The notes under the pieces are model-generated. The model made no database searches and was not told where the DNA came from. It saw nothing but the letters and a program-made list of their open reading frames with translations. The translations under genes and the position numbers were made by a program. A stretch of 64,000 bases of DNA from Myxococcales bacterium (lineage in GTDB: Bacteria; Myxococcota_A; UBA9042; JABWCM01; BTVJ01): the NCBI GenBank assembly GCA_045863395.1, contig BTVJ01000002.1, positions 160,001 to 224,000 on the forward strand, read 5' to 3'. Position 1 is the first letter of the stretch, and each line of letters opens with the position of its first letter. Shown here piece after piece: positions 32,327-43,330 of the stretch.

Positions 32327-35133
32327 GCGAGGCCCCGGCCGTCATCGGAATCGACCTCGGCACCACCAACTCGGCGGTGGCGTGGGTGGACACCCGCCGG
32401 CTGGTGGAGGGGGAGCAGCCTCCCGTGCGCCTGTTCGAGCCGCCGCAGCTCGTGCGGCCCGGGGCGGTGGAGACGCGGCCGCTGCTGCCGTCCTTCGTCT
32501 ACGCGCCGGGTGAGCACGACCTGCCCGCCGGGAGCACGGCGCTGCCGTGGGACGCCGGGCGGGCGTTCGCGGTCGGTGAGCTGGCCCGGGACCATGGGGC
32601 GCTGGTGCCGGGGAGGTTGGTGGCGTCCGCCAAGTCCTGGCTCTGCCACGACGAGGTGGACCGCCAGGCGGCCATCCTGCCGTGGGGAGGGGGCGACGAG
32701 GTCAAGAAGCTCTCGCCGGTGGATGCCTCGGCGCGGGTGCTGGCGCACGTGCGTGAGGCCTGGGACCACGTCATGGCCAAGGGGGACCCGGACCTGCGCT
32801 TCGAGCGGCAGGAGGTCATCGTCACGGTGCCGGCCTCCTTCGACGAGGTGGCCCGGGAGCTGACGCTGGAGGCGGCGCGCCGGGCGGGCCTGGAGCGTGT
32901 GACGCTGCTGGAGGAGCCGCAGGCTGCCTTCTACTGCTGGATCCAGCAGCACCACGGCCAGTGGGGGGCGAGCTTTCCCGGCGGGCTGGTGCTGGTGTGC
33001 GACATCGGTGGGGGCACCACCGACCTCTCGCTGATCTCTGCGACGACGGCGACTGGAGGCGTGCCGGCCTTCGAGCGGGTGGCGGTGGGGGCCCACCTGC
33101 TGCTCGGTGGTGACAACCTCGACCTGGCGCTGGCGCGGGTGGTGGAGCAGACCGGTGGGGGCACGCTCGACGCACGGCAGTGGACGACGCTCAGCCATCG
33201 CTGTCGGGTCGCCAAGGAGCTGCTGCTGGCCGACGAGGGACCCGATGGTGTCGCCGTGACCGTGCCGGGCTCCGGGAGCCGGGTGATCGGGGGCGCCCGC
33301 AAGGTGGAGGTGACGCGGGAGCTTGCCGAGCGCGTGCTGCTCGACGGCTTCTTCCCGCTGACGGGGGCGCAGGAGCGGGTGGGGGGCAGGAGGCGAGGGG
33401 GGATCCAGGAGTTTGGCCTCCCGTATGTGCAGGACCCGGCCGTGTCGCGGCACGTGGCGGCCTTCCTGGCGCAGCACGCGGGGCAGGTGGACCCGGAGGC
33501 GCGGTGGGGGGACATGGCGCGCCCGGACGCCATCCTGTTCAACGGCGGCACGGTGAGCCCCCGGCGCATCCAGGAGCGGGTGGTGTCGGTGCTGCGGGGG
33601 TGGTTTCCGGTTGGGAGGGGCGGCGGTGCCTGGGAGCCGCGGGTGCTGGCGAATGGGAGGCCCGACCTCGCGGTCGCGTATGGGGCCGCCTACTACGGCC
33701 TCGTGCGGAGAGGGCACGGGCTGCGCATCGCGGGCGGGTCTCCGCGGGCGTACTACGTGGGGGTGGGGGCGTCGACGGCGGGGCCACCGCCGGTGCCCGG
33801 CAGCGTGCGGGTGGTGTGTCTGCTGCCCCACGGCATCGAGGAGGGCCGCCAGGTGGAGGTGGGGGCGGACCTCCACGCGCGGACCAACGCGGCCGTGAGG
33901 TTTCCCCTGTGGAGCAGCAACACGCGCATGGGCGACCAGCCTGGCGACGTCCTGATGCTGGCGGAGGACACGCTCGCACCGCTCCCGCCGCTCCACACCT
34001 TGCTGCGCTTCGGCAAGAAGGGGGTGGAGAGCAGCATCCCCGTCAAGCTCCAGGCGCAGGTGACGGAGGTGGGCACGCTGGCGCTGTTCTGCGCGTCGCT
34101 CCAGACCCACCACCGGTGGAAGCTGGAGTTCGACCTCAGAGCCGGGTGGGCCGCCGACGGGGACGCCGCGGCGGTGATCGAGACGGAGGCCATCGACGAG
34201 GCGCGTGTCGAGGCGGGACGAGCGCTGATCACGGCCTGCTTTGGGACGGGTGGGGACCCGGCGGGCCTGGTGAAGGAGCTGGAGAAGGCCCTGGATGCGC
34301 CTCGCGACGAGTGGCCATTGGGGGCGATCAGGGCGCTATGGCCCGCGCTGCGGGATGCGGCGGACGGGCGGCGGCGCTCTGCGGCTCACGAGGCGCGGTG
34401 GCTCAACCTCGCGGGCCACTGCCTGCGGCCGGGTACAGGCATGCCCGGCGACGAGATCCGCATCAAGGAGCTGTGGCGGCTGGCTTCGGAAGGCGTGACG
34501 CACCGGCGCGACTCCCAGCCACTCAGCGAGTGGTGGGTGCTGTGGCGGCGGGTGGCGGCGGGCCTGTCGGCGGGCCAGCAGGTCGAGATCACGGGGCGGG
34601 CGCTGCCGCTGGTCATGAGCAAGAAGGTGGACCCGTTCAAGTACGGGCGTGGGGCCCCGGACAAGAACGAGGAGCGGGAGATCTGGTACGCCCTGGCGAG
34701 CCTGGAGCGCATCGAGCGTGCCACCCGGCTCAATCTGGGCGAGACCATCGTCAAGCGGCTCGGCAACCGGGAGACGGCGCGCTACGGGTACTGGGTGCTG
34801 GCGCGGGTCGGCGCGCGGGTGCCGCTCTACGGGCCCGTGTCCGGCGTGCTGCCGCCGGATGTCGTAGGGCGCTGGGTGGACGCGGTGCTGGAGGCGAAGT
34901 GGCACGAGCCTGAGAAGGTGGCCTTCGAGGCGGTGCAGCTCGGGCGCCTGACCGGCGACCGGGCGCGGGATCTGCCGGCCCCGGTGCGCAAGAAGCTGGC
35001 GGCGGCCATCGAGAAGCAGGCGGACGCGTCGCGGCTCACGCAGCTCCTGATGGAGGTCGTCCCCCTGGAGCGGCGGGAGCAGGTGCGGGTCCTCGGCGAC
35101 TCCATCCCCCCCGGGCTCGTCCTGGCGCCGTGA
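32323..35133 (+). CDS. Atypical Hsp70-family protein with C-terminal DUF3731-like domain
   Basis: Same ATPase motifs; C-terminal WLNLAGHCLRPG, WWVLWRRVAAGL, GARVPLYG; ATGA overlap with upstream paralog. Confidence 0.88.
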
Positions 35134-36569
35134 GCCGCGCGGCGACCATGGTCGCGCTGCTGCTCGCCGGCGGGATGGCGAGCGCGGACCACGGCGCAGC
35201 GGGGGGGCGCTGGGGAGGGGCGAGGTGGGCCGAGGGGATCGCGGGAGGCGGGCCTGGGGAGGGAGCCGGCCCCCAGGCGCGGGAGGCGGACGCCGAGCCC
35301 CGTGATCGCGCGGGGGAGCACGTCGCGACCGACACCGCGGGCGCTTCTCGGACCGGCGCAGCTTCGGCAGGAACCTGGCTCGTGCTGTCTCCGGCGACCG
35401 GGATGGTCGAGCCCCCGTGCGCGGAGACGGGCGCCTGCCGCCCCATCCTCTTCGTGCGCCCTGCCGACTGCACCCCCAAGAGCCGCTGGTACTACGAGCG
35501 CCGCACCCAGCGCTGCGAGGCCGAGAGCCGGCTCGTGCTGTTCGTGGACCGGGTGGGGGAGATTCACGGCGCACAGCGCCTGGGAGACCAGCCGGCGGGG
35601 AAGGAGCCGGTCCCCGACGAGGTCCGCCACCTCTGGCGCCACTGCGGTGAGGACGCAGAACCCCGCTGGGACCCGCTGCCGGTGGCGTTCGTCCGTTACG
35701 TGGACCCGGATCTGGGGCGCTGTCTCGTCGCACACCCGGACGCGCAGGAGCTGTCGCCGGACCTGGCGAAGAAGGCCCGCGTGAAGGGCCTCGACACCCT
35801 CCACCCGTTCGTGCGGTACGCCGGCCGGGAGCTGGTCCGCCGGGCCTACGAAGAAGGCATCGAGATCAAGGTGATCAGCGGCCACCGCCACTACAAGGCG
35901 CGGGTGGGCTATGACCGGAACCTCAAGCGGCGGCGTGTGTTGGCGAGCTGGCACGCCTTCGGGGTGGCCCTCGACATCAACATGACGTGGGCGCGGGGCC
36001 TGGTGGAGGCGTCGAGGCGCCGCCGCGACGACCCCGCGGAGCACGCGCGGTGGGAGCGCCTCGGCGAGATCGGCCGCGAGTTGGGCCTCCGCTGGGGCGG
36101 CGACATGAAGAGCGACGACATCTTCCACTTCGAGTGGCACCCGGGCTACGGCGGGCGGCTCCAGCCCCGTGAGCTGGCGGCCTTCCTCAATGCCACGGCG
36201 GGAGGCAAGCACTACGAGAGGTCCTGGCACCTCTTCGGGCCCGGCGCGAAGAAGATCGTCGCCGCCACGAAGCTGCCGCCTCCGCCCAAGGTGACGAAGC
36301 CCCGCAAGGGAGCCCAGGGGGCGGGCAAGGCGGTGAAGGGGGGCAAGGATCCCCCTGGGAGAGCCCCCGGGGGAAAGGGCGCCCTCCGGTCCAAGGCGAA
36401 GGGCGGCCAGAGCGCGGTGGGAGGCTCTGGCGAGAGCCCCAAGAAGGGCGCCGCCAAGCGCGGAGGCAAGGCTGGGGTCAAGGGCGCAAAGGGGGCCGGA
36501 GGGCAGCGCAAGTCGGGCAAGGCTGCGTCCAAGGAGTCCCGCGGCGGCCGGAAGCGGGGCGCGCGGTGA
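35130..36569 (+). CDS. M15-family zinc peptidase (peptidoglycan hydrolase) with Lys/Gly-rich tail
   Basis: SGHR, SWHAFGVALDI, LRWGG, DIFHFE; exact start uncertain. Confidence 0.75.
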   Translation: MSRAATMVALLLAGGMASADHGAAGGRWGGARWAEGIAGGGPGEGAGPQAREADAEPRDRAGEHVATDTAGASRTGAASAGTWLVLSPATGMVEPPCAETGACRPILFVRPADCTPKSRWYYERRTQRCEAESRLVLFVDRVGEIHGAQRLGDQPAGKEPVPDEVRHLWRHCGEDAEPRWDPLPVAFVRYVDPDLGRCLVAHPDAQELSPDLAKKARVKGLDTLHPFVRYAGRELVRRAYEEGIEIKVISGHRHYKARVGYDRNLKRRRVLASWHAFGVALDINMTWARGLVEASRRRRDDPAEHARWERLGEIGRELGLRWGGDMKSDDIFHFEWHPGYGGRLQPRELAAFLNATAGGKHYERSWHLFGPGAKKIVAATKLPPPPKVTKPRKGAQGAGKAVKGGKDPPGRAPGGKGALRSKAKGGQSAVGGSGESPKKGAAKRGGKAGVKGAKGAGGQRKSGKAASKESRGGRKRGAR

Positions 36570-36635
36570 GGGGCAGAGGGGAGCTGCACCGGGCGCACCT
36601 TGCGGCCGCACCCGCCGGCGTCTAGGGTAGGGCCC

Positions 36636-38198
36636 ATGAAGCGCTTCAACACTGCCGGCCCCTGCATCGAGGGGATGCACTACATGCTGCCGCCCCTCGA
36701 CCGGATCCCCGAGGCGCGGGGGCTCGTCGAGCAGGGCGCGTACTTCGTGGTCCACGCGCCCCGGCAGACCGGAAAGACGACGGCGCTGCGGGCCCTGGCG
36801 CGCGCGCTGACGGAGGAGGGGCACTACGCGGCCCTGGCGTTCTCGTGCGAGGCGGCAGAGGCCTGCGGGGAGGACGTCGCGCGAGCACAGCGGGCGATCC
36901 TGGAGGAGATGGAGCTGGCCGCGGCCGTGGACCTGCCGCCCGATCTCGCCCCCCCCCCTCTCCCGGCATCCGACACGCGGGTCTCGCGCATCCGCGCGGC
37001 GCTGGCCGCCTGGGCCCATGCCTGTCCGCGGCCGCTCGTGCTGTTGTTCGACGAGATCGACGCGGTCCGGGGGGAGAGCCTCCGGTCCGTGTTGCGACAG
37101 CTCCGTGCGGGGTTCCAGTATCGCCCGCGGGCCTTCCCGTGGTCGGTGGCGCTGTGCGGACTCCGCGACGTGCGTGACTACCGGGTGGCGTCCGGTGGGG
37201 ACCCGGACCGGATTGGGACGTCGAGCCCCTTCAACGTGAAGACCGAGTCTCTGCGGCTCGGGTCGTTCAGTCACGAGGAGGTGCGCACGTTGTGGAGCCA
37301 GCACACGGCCGCGACGGGCCAGGTGTTCGCGGATGCCGCCACGGAGCGCGCCTTCCTGCTCACCGAGGGGCAGCCGTGGCTGGTCAACGCGCTGGCGCGA
37401 GAGGTGGTGGAGAAGCTGGCGCCGCCTCCCGTCGAGGTGACGGCAGGTCAAGTCGAGGCGGCGAAGGAGCGCTTGATCCTGGCGAGACAGACGCACCTGG
37501 ACTCTCTCGTGGCGCGGCTCCAGGAGCCTCGGGTCCGCCGAATCATGGCCCCGCTGCTCGCTGGCGAGGCAGTCGGAGGTGACGCCTACGACGACGACGT
37601 CTCATTTGCGCGGGACCTGGGGCTGGTGACGGGCAAGCCACTGCGCGTCGCGAACCCCATCTATCGCGAGATTGTCATCCGCGTGTTGGCGTCGGCAGCC
37701 GACGACGGGATTCAGCTCCCGGACCGCCGCTGGCAGACGGAGAGCGGTCGCCTCGACGTGGAGACGCTGCTCGACGCGTTTGCGGCGTGGTGGCGCGAGC
37801 AGGGGGAGGCACTGGCGCCGAAGATGCCCTACCACGAGGTGGCGGCGCAGCTCGTGCTGCTGGCGTGGCTCCAGCGCGTGGTCAACGGGGGCGGCTTCAT
37901 CGATCGAGAGTACGGCTTGGGCCGGCGCCGCATCGACGTTCTGATCCGCTGGCCGCTGCCGGACGGAGGCTGGCAGCGGGAGGCGCTGGAGCTGAAGGTC
38001 CGCCGGGACGGAGAGGCGGACCCGACGGCGGAGGGCCTCCGGCAGCTTGGGGGCTATCTCACCTCTCTGGGCCTTCCCCACGGCTGGCTCGTCGTGTTCG
38101 ACCGGCGCGCGGATGCCCCCCCGGTGGCAGACCGCACGCGCTTCGAGGCGGCGACGTTGCCGGAGCAGGGGCTGCGGGTGACGGTGCTGCACGCCTGA
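36636..38198 (+). CDS. AAA-like ATPase with C-terminal PD-(D/E)XK-like domain
   Basis: FNTAGPC N-terminus, Walker A APRQTGKTT, Walker B LLFDEID, SPFNVK, EYGLGRRRIDV...LELK. Confidence 0.85.
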   Translation: MKRFNTAGPCIEGMHYMLPPLDRIPEARGLVEQGAYFVVHAPRQTGKTTALRALARALTEEGHYAALAFSCEAAEACGEDVARAQRAILEEMELAAAVDLPPDLAPPPLPASDTRVSRIRAALAAWAHACPRPLVLLFDEIDAVRGESLRSVLRQLRAGFQYRPRAFPWSVALCGLRDVRDYRVASGGDPDRIGTSSPFNVKTESLRLGSFSHEEVRTLWSQHTAATGQVFADAATERAFLLTEGQPWLVNALAREVVEKLAPPPVEVTAGQVEAAKERLILARQTHLDSLVARLQEPRVRRIMAPLLAGEAVGGDAYDDDVSFARDLGLVTGKPLRVANPIYREIVIRVLASAADDGIQLPDRRWQTESGRLDVETLLDAFAAWWREQGEALAPKMPYHEVAAQLVLLAWLQRVVNGGGFIDREYGLGRRRIDVLIRWPLPDGGWQREALELKVRRDGEADPTAEGLRQLGGYLTSLGLPHGWLVVFDRRADAPPVADRTRFEAATLPEQGLRVTVLHA

Positions 38199-38401
38199 GC
38201 GGGGCCCGGGGGCCGGGGAGACCCTTGCGCCATGCGCGTGCCATGTGGACTCCACGCGGTGGTGGAGGAGGAGCGCGCCTGCCGCCGGGTGGCGACCCGC
38301 TTCCAGTCGCCGAATTGGAGTGACTCGGAATGGCGAGGCGCGCCACCCGGGGGGCGCGGTGCGTGTCGCTGTGGCTTTGAGGGGGGCCTCGGCTCCGGTC
38401 G

Positions 38402-39004
38402 TCAGGACGCGCGAGAGTCCTCGCCGCTCTCGGTGAGAATGTCGACGAGCGCCTCCTCCGCGGCGGCCAGTGTAGGCGCCTCCAGGGCGATGTCCAAGAC
38501 ACGGGCTGCGACGGTGGCGTCGTCGATGGCGCGGACTCTCTCTTCAAGCCGTGGCGGTACTTCACGGAAGCGGAAGGCGAGCACGCGGAGTGCTCCGCGC
38601 GCCTCGCCGCGCGCCTCTCCGCGTGCCTCGCCTTCGGCCAGGAACCTCTTGTGCCACTTCTCGGGTATGCTCTCTGTCTGCATGATGAAGTCCTCCTCGT
38701 CCGGGGTGAGCACTCCTCGTCGAATCAGCTCCTCCCGCCACCCGGCCACGACGGCTTGGAGGGTCCTCCCGGGGACGGACCCTGCCGGAGCTGCGTCGAG
38801 GTCTTCCAGCGCTTCTCGAAAGACGCGACCGCGGCCGAGCATGCAGAGCGCGAGGGTGGCAGGCTCCCTCGGCAGCGCGTGGGCCGCGACGACCACTGAA
38901 TCAAGGCCCGTGGCGAGGCGAAGGACGCCGGGGCTCAGGGGGGTGCCGCCGAAGGCGGCGATCAGGGGCTCCGAGGCGGTGGTGGCGCCGGTCAGGAGGG
39001 CCAC
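38402..39004 (-). pseudogene. 5'-truncated Rpn-like protein; intact internal-start small ORF at 38402-38683
   Basis: LPREPATLALCMLGRG and the EGEARGEARGEARG...RF..VP...EERV tail; no nuclease N-terminus seen upstream; GAGGAGG-N8-ATG at 38683. Confidence 0.6.
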
Positions 39005-39464
39005 GGTGGCGCATGGTCGCGGGTCATCCGCCGCCCGCCGCAGGCGCCCTCGGCCTCCGCTGCTCAGGTCCCTGGTGCCCCAGGTCCTTTGGTCCCTCGG
39101 GTGGCAGACGACGGACGTTCGGAGCGCAGACCGAGCGCCCCGCCGTCCGCCGAGCGCCCCCGGTCAGACGGGGGAAGGCACCCGGCGAGACCGCGCGGCG
39201 CCGTGAGTTGGGAAGGGCACGAACCGTGAAGGTCCAGAAGGGGAGAGCCCCTCCGTCGCTCGCCTGGCCACGGTGGCTGACCATGGCATGCTGTGGACCG
39301 CCCTCGCAAGGACGCGCTCCACGAGCGGTGACACACGGACGCGTCCGCCTCCAGGAGCGCGGGTGCCTGCCAGCGCCACCCACGCGAGCGCCCACCCGCC
39401 TTGAACGGCCCCAACGGTTCCGCCACAATCCTGACGGGCTGCATCCATGGACAGAGGAGCGGGC

Positions 39465-40991
39465 GTGAGGCGGCGGGACTTTCTGCGACGGGTGGGGGCG
39501 GGGGCGGCGGGCGCCATCGCATCGGGGCTCCGCCTCCCCACGGCCCGCGCCTCCTGGGGCGCATGGCCCGCGGCCTCCCTGCCCGCCGCGCTCCCCCTCG
39601 CCGCGCGCCCCAAGCACGTCCTCGAGGTCTTCCTCTATGGCGGCCTCTGCCCCTGGGAGACCTTCTACGTGGTGCCGTCCTTCGGTGCCCCCGACGACCC
39701 CAACCCAGCCCTGCGCAACACCCAGTGGTGGACCTTCCAGGAGGGGCCCGCGAGCGTCGCCGAGGTCCACGAGAAGTGCAGCCCCGTCACCTCGACGCCG
39801 CTCCTCGTGCCCTTCCGGCAGGACTCCGCCGGCAACCTGGTGCACCTCGGGCCCTTCACCGAGCCGCTCAGGAGCCGGGCAGACATCGTCGACCGCCTGC
39901 GCCTGCACGTGGTCACCCACAGCCTGGAGCCGCACGAGGCCGCCATCCCGCTCGCCATGTCGGGGTTTCGCCTCGGGCAGCCCAAGCTGGCGGGGGTGGG
40001 GGCCTCCATCCAGCACCATGACCAGGCCGCCGGGCTCTTCGGCGAGCCGTCCTCCTACGTGCTCTACGCGCCAGGCGACTTCCCCACCGACAACCTGCGG
40101 GCCGCAAGCGCCGTCGGCCTGCACCCCGCCTCGTCGCGCCCGCTGGCCATAAACGTGAGCGCCGGCACGGCCTTCATCGACGCGCTCGGGCGCAAGAAGG
40201 TGGGGGCGAAGCGCGCCGAGTTCGACGCGCTCATCGACCACTACACCGCGCTCCATCGCGCGCGCCTGACACCGCCGTCTCTCCCGCCTGTCCGCTCACG
40301 GACCCTGAGCGACTGGCAGTTCACCCTGGACACGCTCCAGACCACCGACACGCTGATCGACATCCTGGAGCCCGGCCTCTTCGTGCCCATCGGCGACCAG
40401 GCGTGCTCTCAGGCGGCTTCTCCCTCCTACCCGCGCATGGGGCTGCGCCTCGCCGCCCACCTGCTGACGCGGCCGGGCAGCCAGGCGCGCTACGTGTGTG
40501 TCGTCGACGGCGGCCTCATCCCCGCGTCCGGCGGCGGGGGCTATGACACCCACAACGCGCACATCGCCGACTCCGCGCGCAACCTGCGCAACGTGTTCAC
40601 CAACCTCTGCGCGGTGATCAACGAGCCGGGCGAGGGGGACCCGGCCAAGCTGAACCTCGACGACACCCTCGTCGTGCTCAACACCGAGTTCGGGCGCACC
40701 CCCTGGGCGCAGAACGGCGACGGGCGCAACCACCACCCCTACGCCTACGTGACCGCCATGTTCGGGGGGCCCGTGGGGGCGGCGCAGCAGGGCATCGTCG
40801 GCGCCATCGGGCCCGACGGGTACGCGACGTCGGCGCTGGCCCCGGCCGAGACCCGCGCGGCCATCCTCACGGCCCTGGGAGTCTTCCCCTTCGCGCCGGA
40901 GTGCTACGCGGTCAGCGACGTGGGCGGCGCGGTCACCGAGCTGGACGCGGCCCTTTGGCTCCGCGACGTGGTGCTCGGGGTGACGTCGTGA
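39465..40991 (+). CDS. DUF1501 domain protein with Tat signal
   Basis: RRRDFLRR twin-arginine signal, FLYGG, GYDTH, TEFGRTP, GRNHHP; GAGGAG SD. Confidence 0.85.
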   Translation: MRRRDFLRRVGAGAAGAIASGLRLPTARASWGAWPAASLPAALPLAARPKHVLEVFLYGGLCPWETFYVVPSFGAPDDPNPALRNTQWWTFQEGPASVAEVHEKCSPVTSTPLLVPFRQDSAGNLVHLGPFTEPLRSRADIVDRLRLHVVTHSLEPHEAAIPLAMSGFRLGQPKLAGVGASIQHHDQAAGLFGEPSSYVLYAPGDFPTDNLRAASAVGLHPASSRPLAINVSAGTAFIDALGRKKVGAKRAEFDALIDHYTALHRARLTPPSLPPVRSRTLSDWQFTLDTLQTTDTLIDILEPGLFVPIGDQACSQAASPSYPRMGLRLAAHLLTRPGSQARYVCVVDGGLIPASGGGGYDTHNAHIADSARNLRNVFTNLCAVINEPGEGDPAKLNLDDTLVVLNTEFGRTPWAQNGDGRNHHPYAYVTAMFGGPVGAAQQGIVGAIGPDGYATSALAPAETRAAILTALGVFPFAPECYAVSDVGGAVTELDAALWLRDVVLGVTS

Positions 40992-43330
40992 GGTGGGCGC
41001 CGCTCCTGCTGCTCGCGGGGTGCCTCAGCTCCACCGACGAGCTGCTCCAGCGGGAGCCGGTGCCGGGTCCGACCGCCGACGTGGCGCAGCCAGACGTGGT
41101 CCCCGCGCCGGACACCGCGAGCGACCCCGACTCTGGCGCCGATGGAGGGCTCACCGACGTCCTCTCGGACGCCGGTCCGCCCCAGGACGCCGGCGGGGCG
41201 GAGGCCGACACCGGGGATGTTGCCGCCGCGCCCGACGTCGCCGACGCCACGACCCAGGACGACGGGGGCACCGACATCGGCGCCGACGCCGACGCGGTGG
41301 ACCCTCCCTTCGACCCCATGGTGTGCGACGCGGGAGACGAAGCCTGGGTCAAGCGCACGGTGCAGGCCCTGCTGGGCAGGAAGCCCCACGGAATGCAGGA
41401 GGTGCGGGCCCTGGTCGCGCTCGTCGCCGCTACTGACCGCCCCAGTGTCGCCCGCGGCCTCATGCGCTCGCAGGACTTCGAGGACCGCTGGGCCGACTGG
41501 CTCATGGACGAGCTGCGCGTCAACCGCATCGGAGACAAGGCCCACGGCACCTGCTACGGACCGCCGAAGCGCCCCGAGGACGCCGGCGAGGTGGCCGCCT
41601 TCATCCGCGACAACCCACCGACCAAGAGCCAGACCGACCTCGCCTTCAACATGACCGACGTGCTGCGCTCCTCGCTGCGCCTCGACGACCTCTCGCCGCT
41701 CTACCGCGCCCACCTGTTCGCCATGCTCTCGAAGCCCATCCAGGGGGCCAACGTGGCGGACCTGGAGCTGGACATCACGCGCCGGCAGGACTTTGGCGAG
41801 GTCTTCGAGGCGACCTACCTGGATCGTGGCATCGTCTGCGCTGGATGCCACAACAGCGAGTGGTCGGTCACCGATCACCCGGACCCCGCGCAGGACCGCT
41901 TCTGGCCCATCCCGGGCCGCTTTGAGGCCGCGGTCTACGGCGCCTCCACCGGCGGCAAGGAGCTGGCCTTCTACTCGGCCTTCCGGCACCTGGGCGTGGT
42001 CATGAAGACGGGGGGCATCCGCCCCTGGCACATGGACGGGAGCTGCGGGCGCTTCAACACCAAGGCGTCCCTCGACGACGACCCGGCGGGCTGGGAGACG
42101 TTCTTCGTCTCCCCGCTCGCGAAGAAGGCCAGCGTGTGGGACGTGGAGGCAGCCCTGCGCACCGGCGCCGCCTCGATCGTCGACGGGCTCGTCGTGGATC
42201 CCGACACCCTCGCCGTCGCGGGCCCCGACGCGTTCGCCTGGCTCGTGGCCGTCCACGTGTCCAACCGCGCCTGGCGGGCCGTCCACGGCTCCCCCCTCGT
42301 GCTCGTCCACCACTTCCCGCGCAACGAGGCCCAGCGCTCGATCCTCTGGGAGCTGACCGACCGCTTCGTGTCGCACGGCTGGTCGCTCCGCGCCCTCCTC
42401 GAAGCCATCGTGACGCACCCGCTGGCCAACCAGCTCGCCCCGCTGGACGGCTGCGGCGAGAGCCCGTACCTGCTGCCTCCGGTCTTCGACCCGTGGGTCA
42501 TCGCCGAGGAGGACCCCGCGCTCTGGCTCAACGGTCCTGGCGACATGGTGCACCGCGCCGGCGCCCGCGTCCTGCTCCGCATGGCGTCCCAGGCCCTCGG
42601 CTGGCCGACCCCGCTCGCCTTCCCGAGCGGCGGCGACGAGCAGTTCCAGAAGGCGGTGGGGGTGTTCGTCAAGGACGGCGAGCCCGGCTTCGACGGGGTC
42701 GACTTCCAGGGGATGCTCACCTGGGAGAACCGCTACGGCGCCTGTGACCCGCCACCGCTGGCCGCCGGCGAGGCGGGCTCCTGCGTCGGGGCCTGCGGAG
42801 GGCAGGCCCTCGCGGGCTGCTGGTGCGACCCGCCCTGCGTGGGCTACGGTGACTGCTGCGCCGACTACAAGACCGTGTGCGTAGACGGCGTCGTCCCCCC
42901 GAAGGAGGTCCAGGCGGACTGGATAGACGCCCTCGCGGCGGCCGCCACCGCCCACGACGCCGCCCACCCGGCCGATCCCACGACGCTCCGTCGCGTCGCC
43001 GCGGCGCTCTCCGACCGCCTGCTGACCGCCCCCGACCTCGCGCCCGAGCAGGAGGCGCTGATCGCCGCCCTCTATGGCACCGCCACCCTCGACGCCGCCG
43101 CCCTGGGCGTCAAGGACTGGGTCGCCCGCACCCGCACGGTCTGCGGCGCGCTCCTCCAGACCCCCCAGTTCTGGCTGGCCGGCCTCGCCCAGCCGGACCA
43201 GCAGACGACCCCGGAGCTGGTCGTGGATGGCGCGACCTTCCAGGCCGCGTGCGAGCGCTGGGCGCCGCTCGTCCTGCCCGGCGCCACCTGCACCGCCACG
43301 GCGGCCCTTCCGCCCCCGGAGGCTCCGTGA
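40988..43330 (+). CDS. DUF1549/DUF1553-like lipoprotein with one CxxCH motif and a somatomedin-B-like module
   Basis: LAGC lipobox, acidic linker, WVKR...LLGRKP, CAGCH, LTDRFVSHGWSLRALL; 8-Cys module at 42782-42880. Confidence 0.7.
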   Translation: MRWAPLLLLAGCLSSTDELLQREPVPGPTADVAQPDVVPAPDTASDPDSGADGGLTDVLSDAGPPQDAGGAEADTGDVAAAPDVADATTQDDGGTDIGADADAVDPPFDPMVCDAGDEAWVKRTVQALLGRKPHGMQEVRALVALVAATDRPSVARGLMRSQDFEDRWADWLMDELRVNRIGDKAHGTCYGPPKRPEDAGEVAAFIRDNPPTKSQTDLAFNMTDVLRSSLRLDDLSPLYRAHLFAMLSKPIQGANVADLELDITRRQDFGEVFEATYLDRGIVCAGCHNSEWSVTDHPDPAQDRFWPIPGRFEAAVYGASTGGKELAFYSAFRHLGVVMKTGGIRPWHMDGSCGRFNTKASLDDDPAGWETFFVSPLAKKASVWDVEAALRTGAASIVDGLVVDPDTLAVAGPDAFAWLVAVHVSNRAWRAVHGSPLVLVHHFPRNEAQRSILWELTDRFVSHGWSLRALLEAIVTHPLANQLAPLDGCGESPYLLPPVFDPWVIAEEDPALWLNGPGDMVHRAGARVLLRMASQALGWPTPLAFPSGGDEQFQKAVGVFVKDGEPGFDGVDFQGMLTWENRYGACDPPPLAAGEAGSCVGACGGQALAGCWCDPPCVGYGDCCADYKTVCVDGVVPPKEVQADWIDALAAAATAHDAAHPADPTTLRRVAAALSDRLLTAPDLAPEQEALIAALYGTATLDAAALGVKDWVARTRTVCGALLQTPQFWLAGLAQPDQQTTPELVVDGATFQAACERWAPLVLPGATCTATAALPPPEAP

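Noticed and set aside
36636..38198. Named anti-phage defence system for the AAA + PD-(D/E)XK gene
   Set aside because: Looks like a commonly multicopy ATPase family; no partner genes or defence-island context here.
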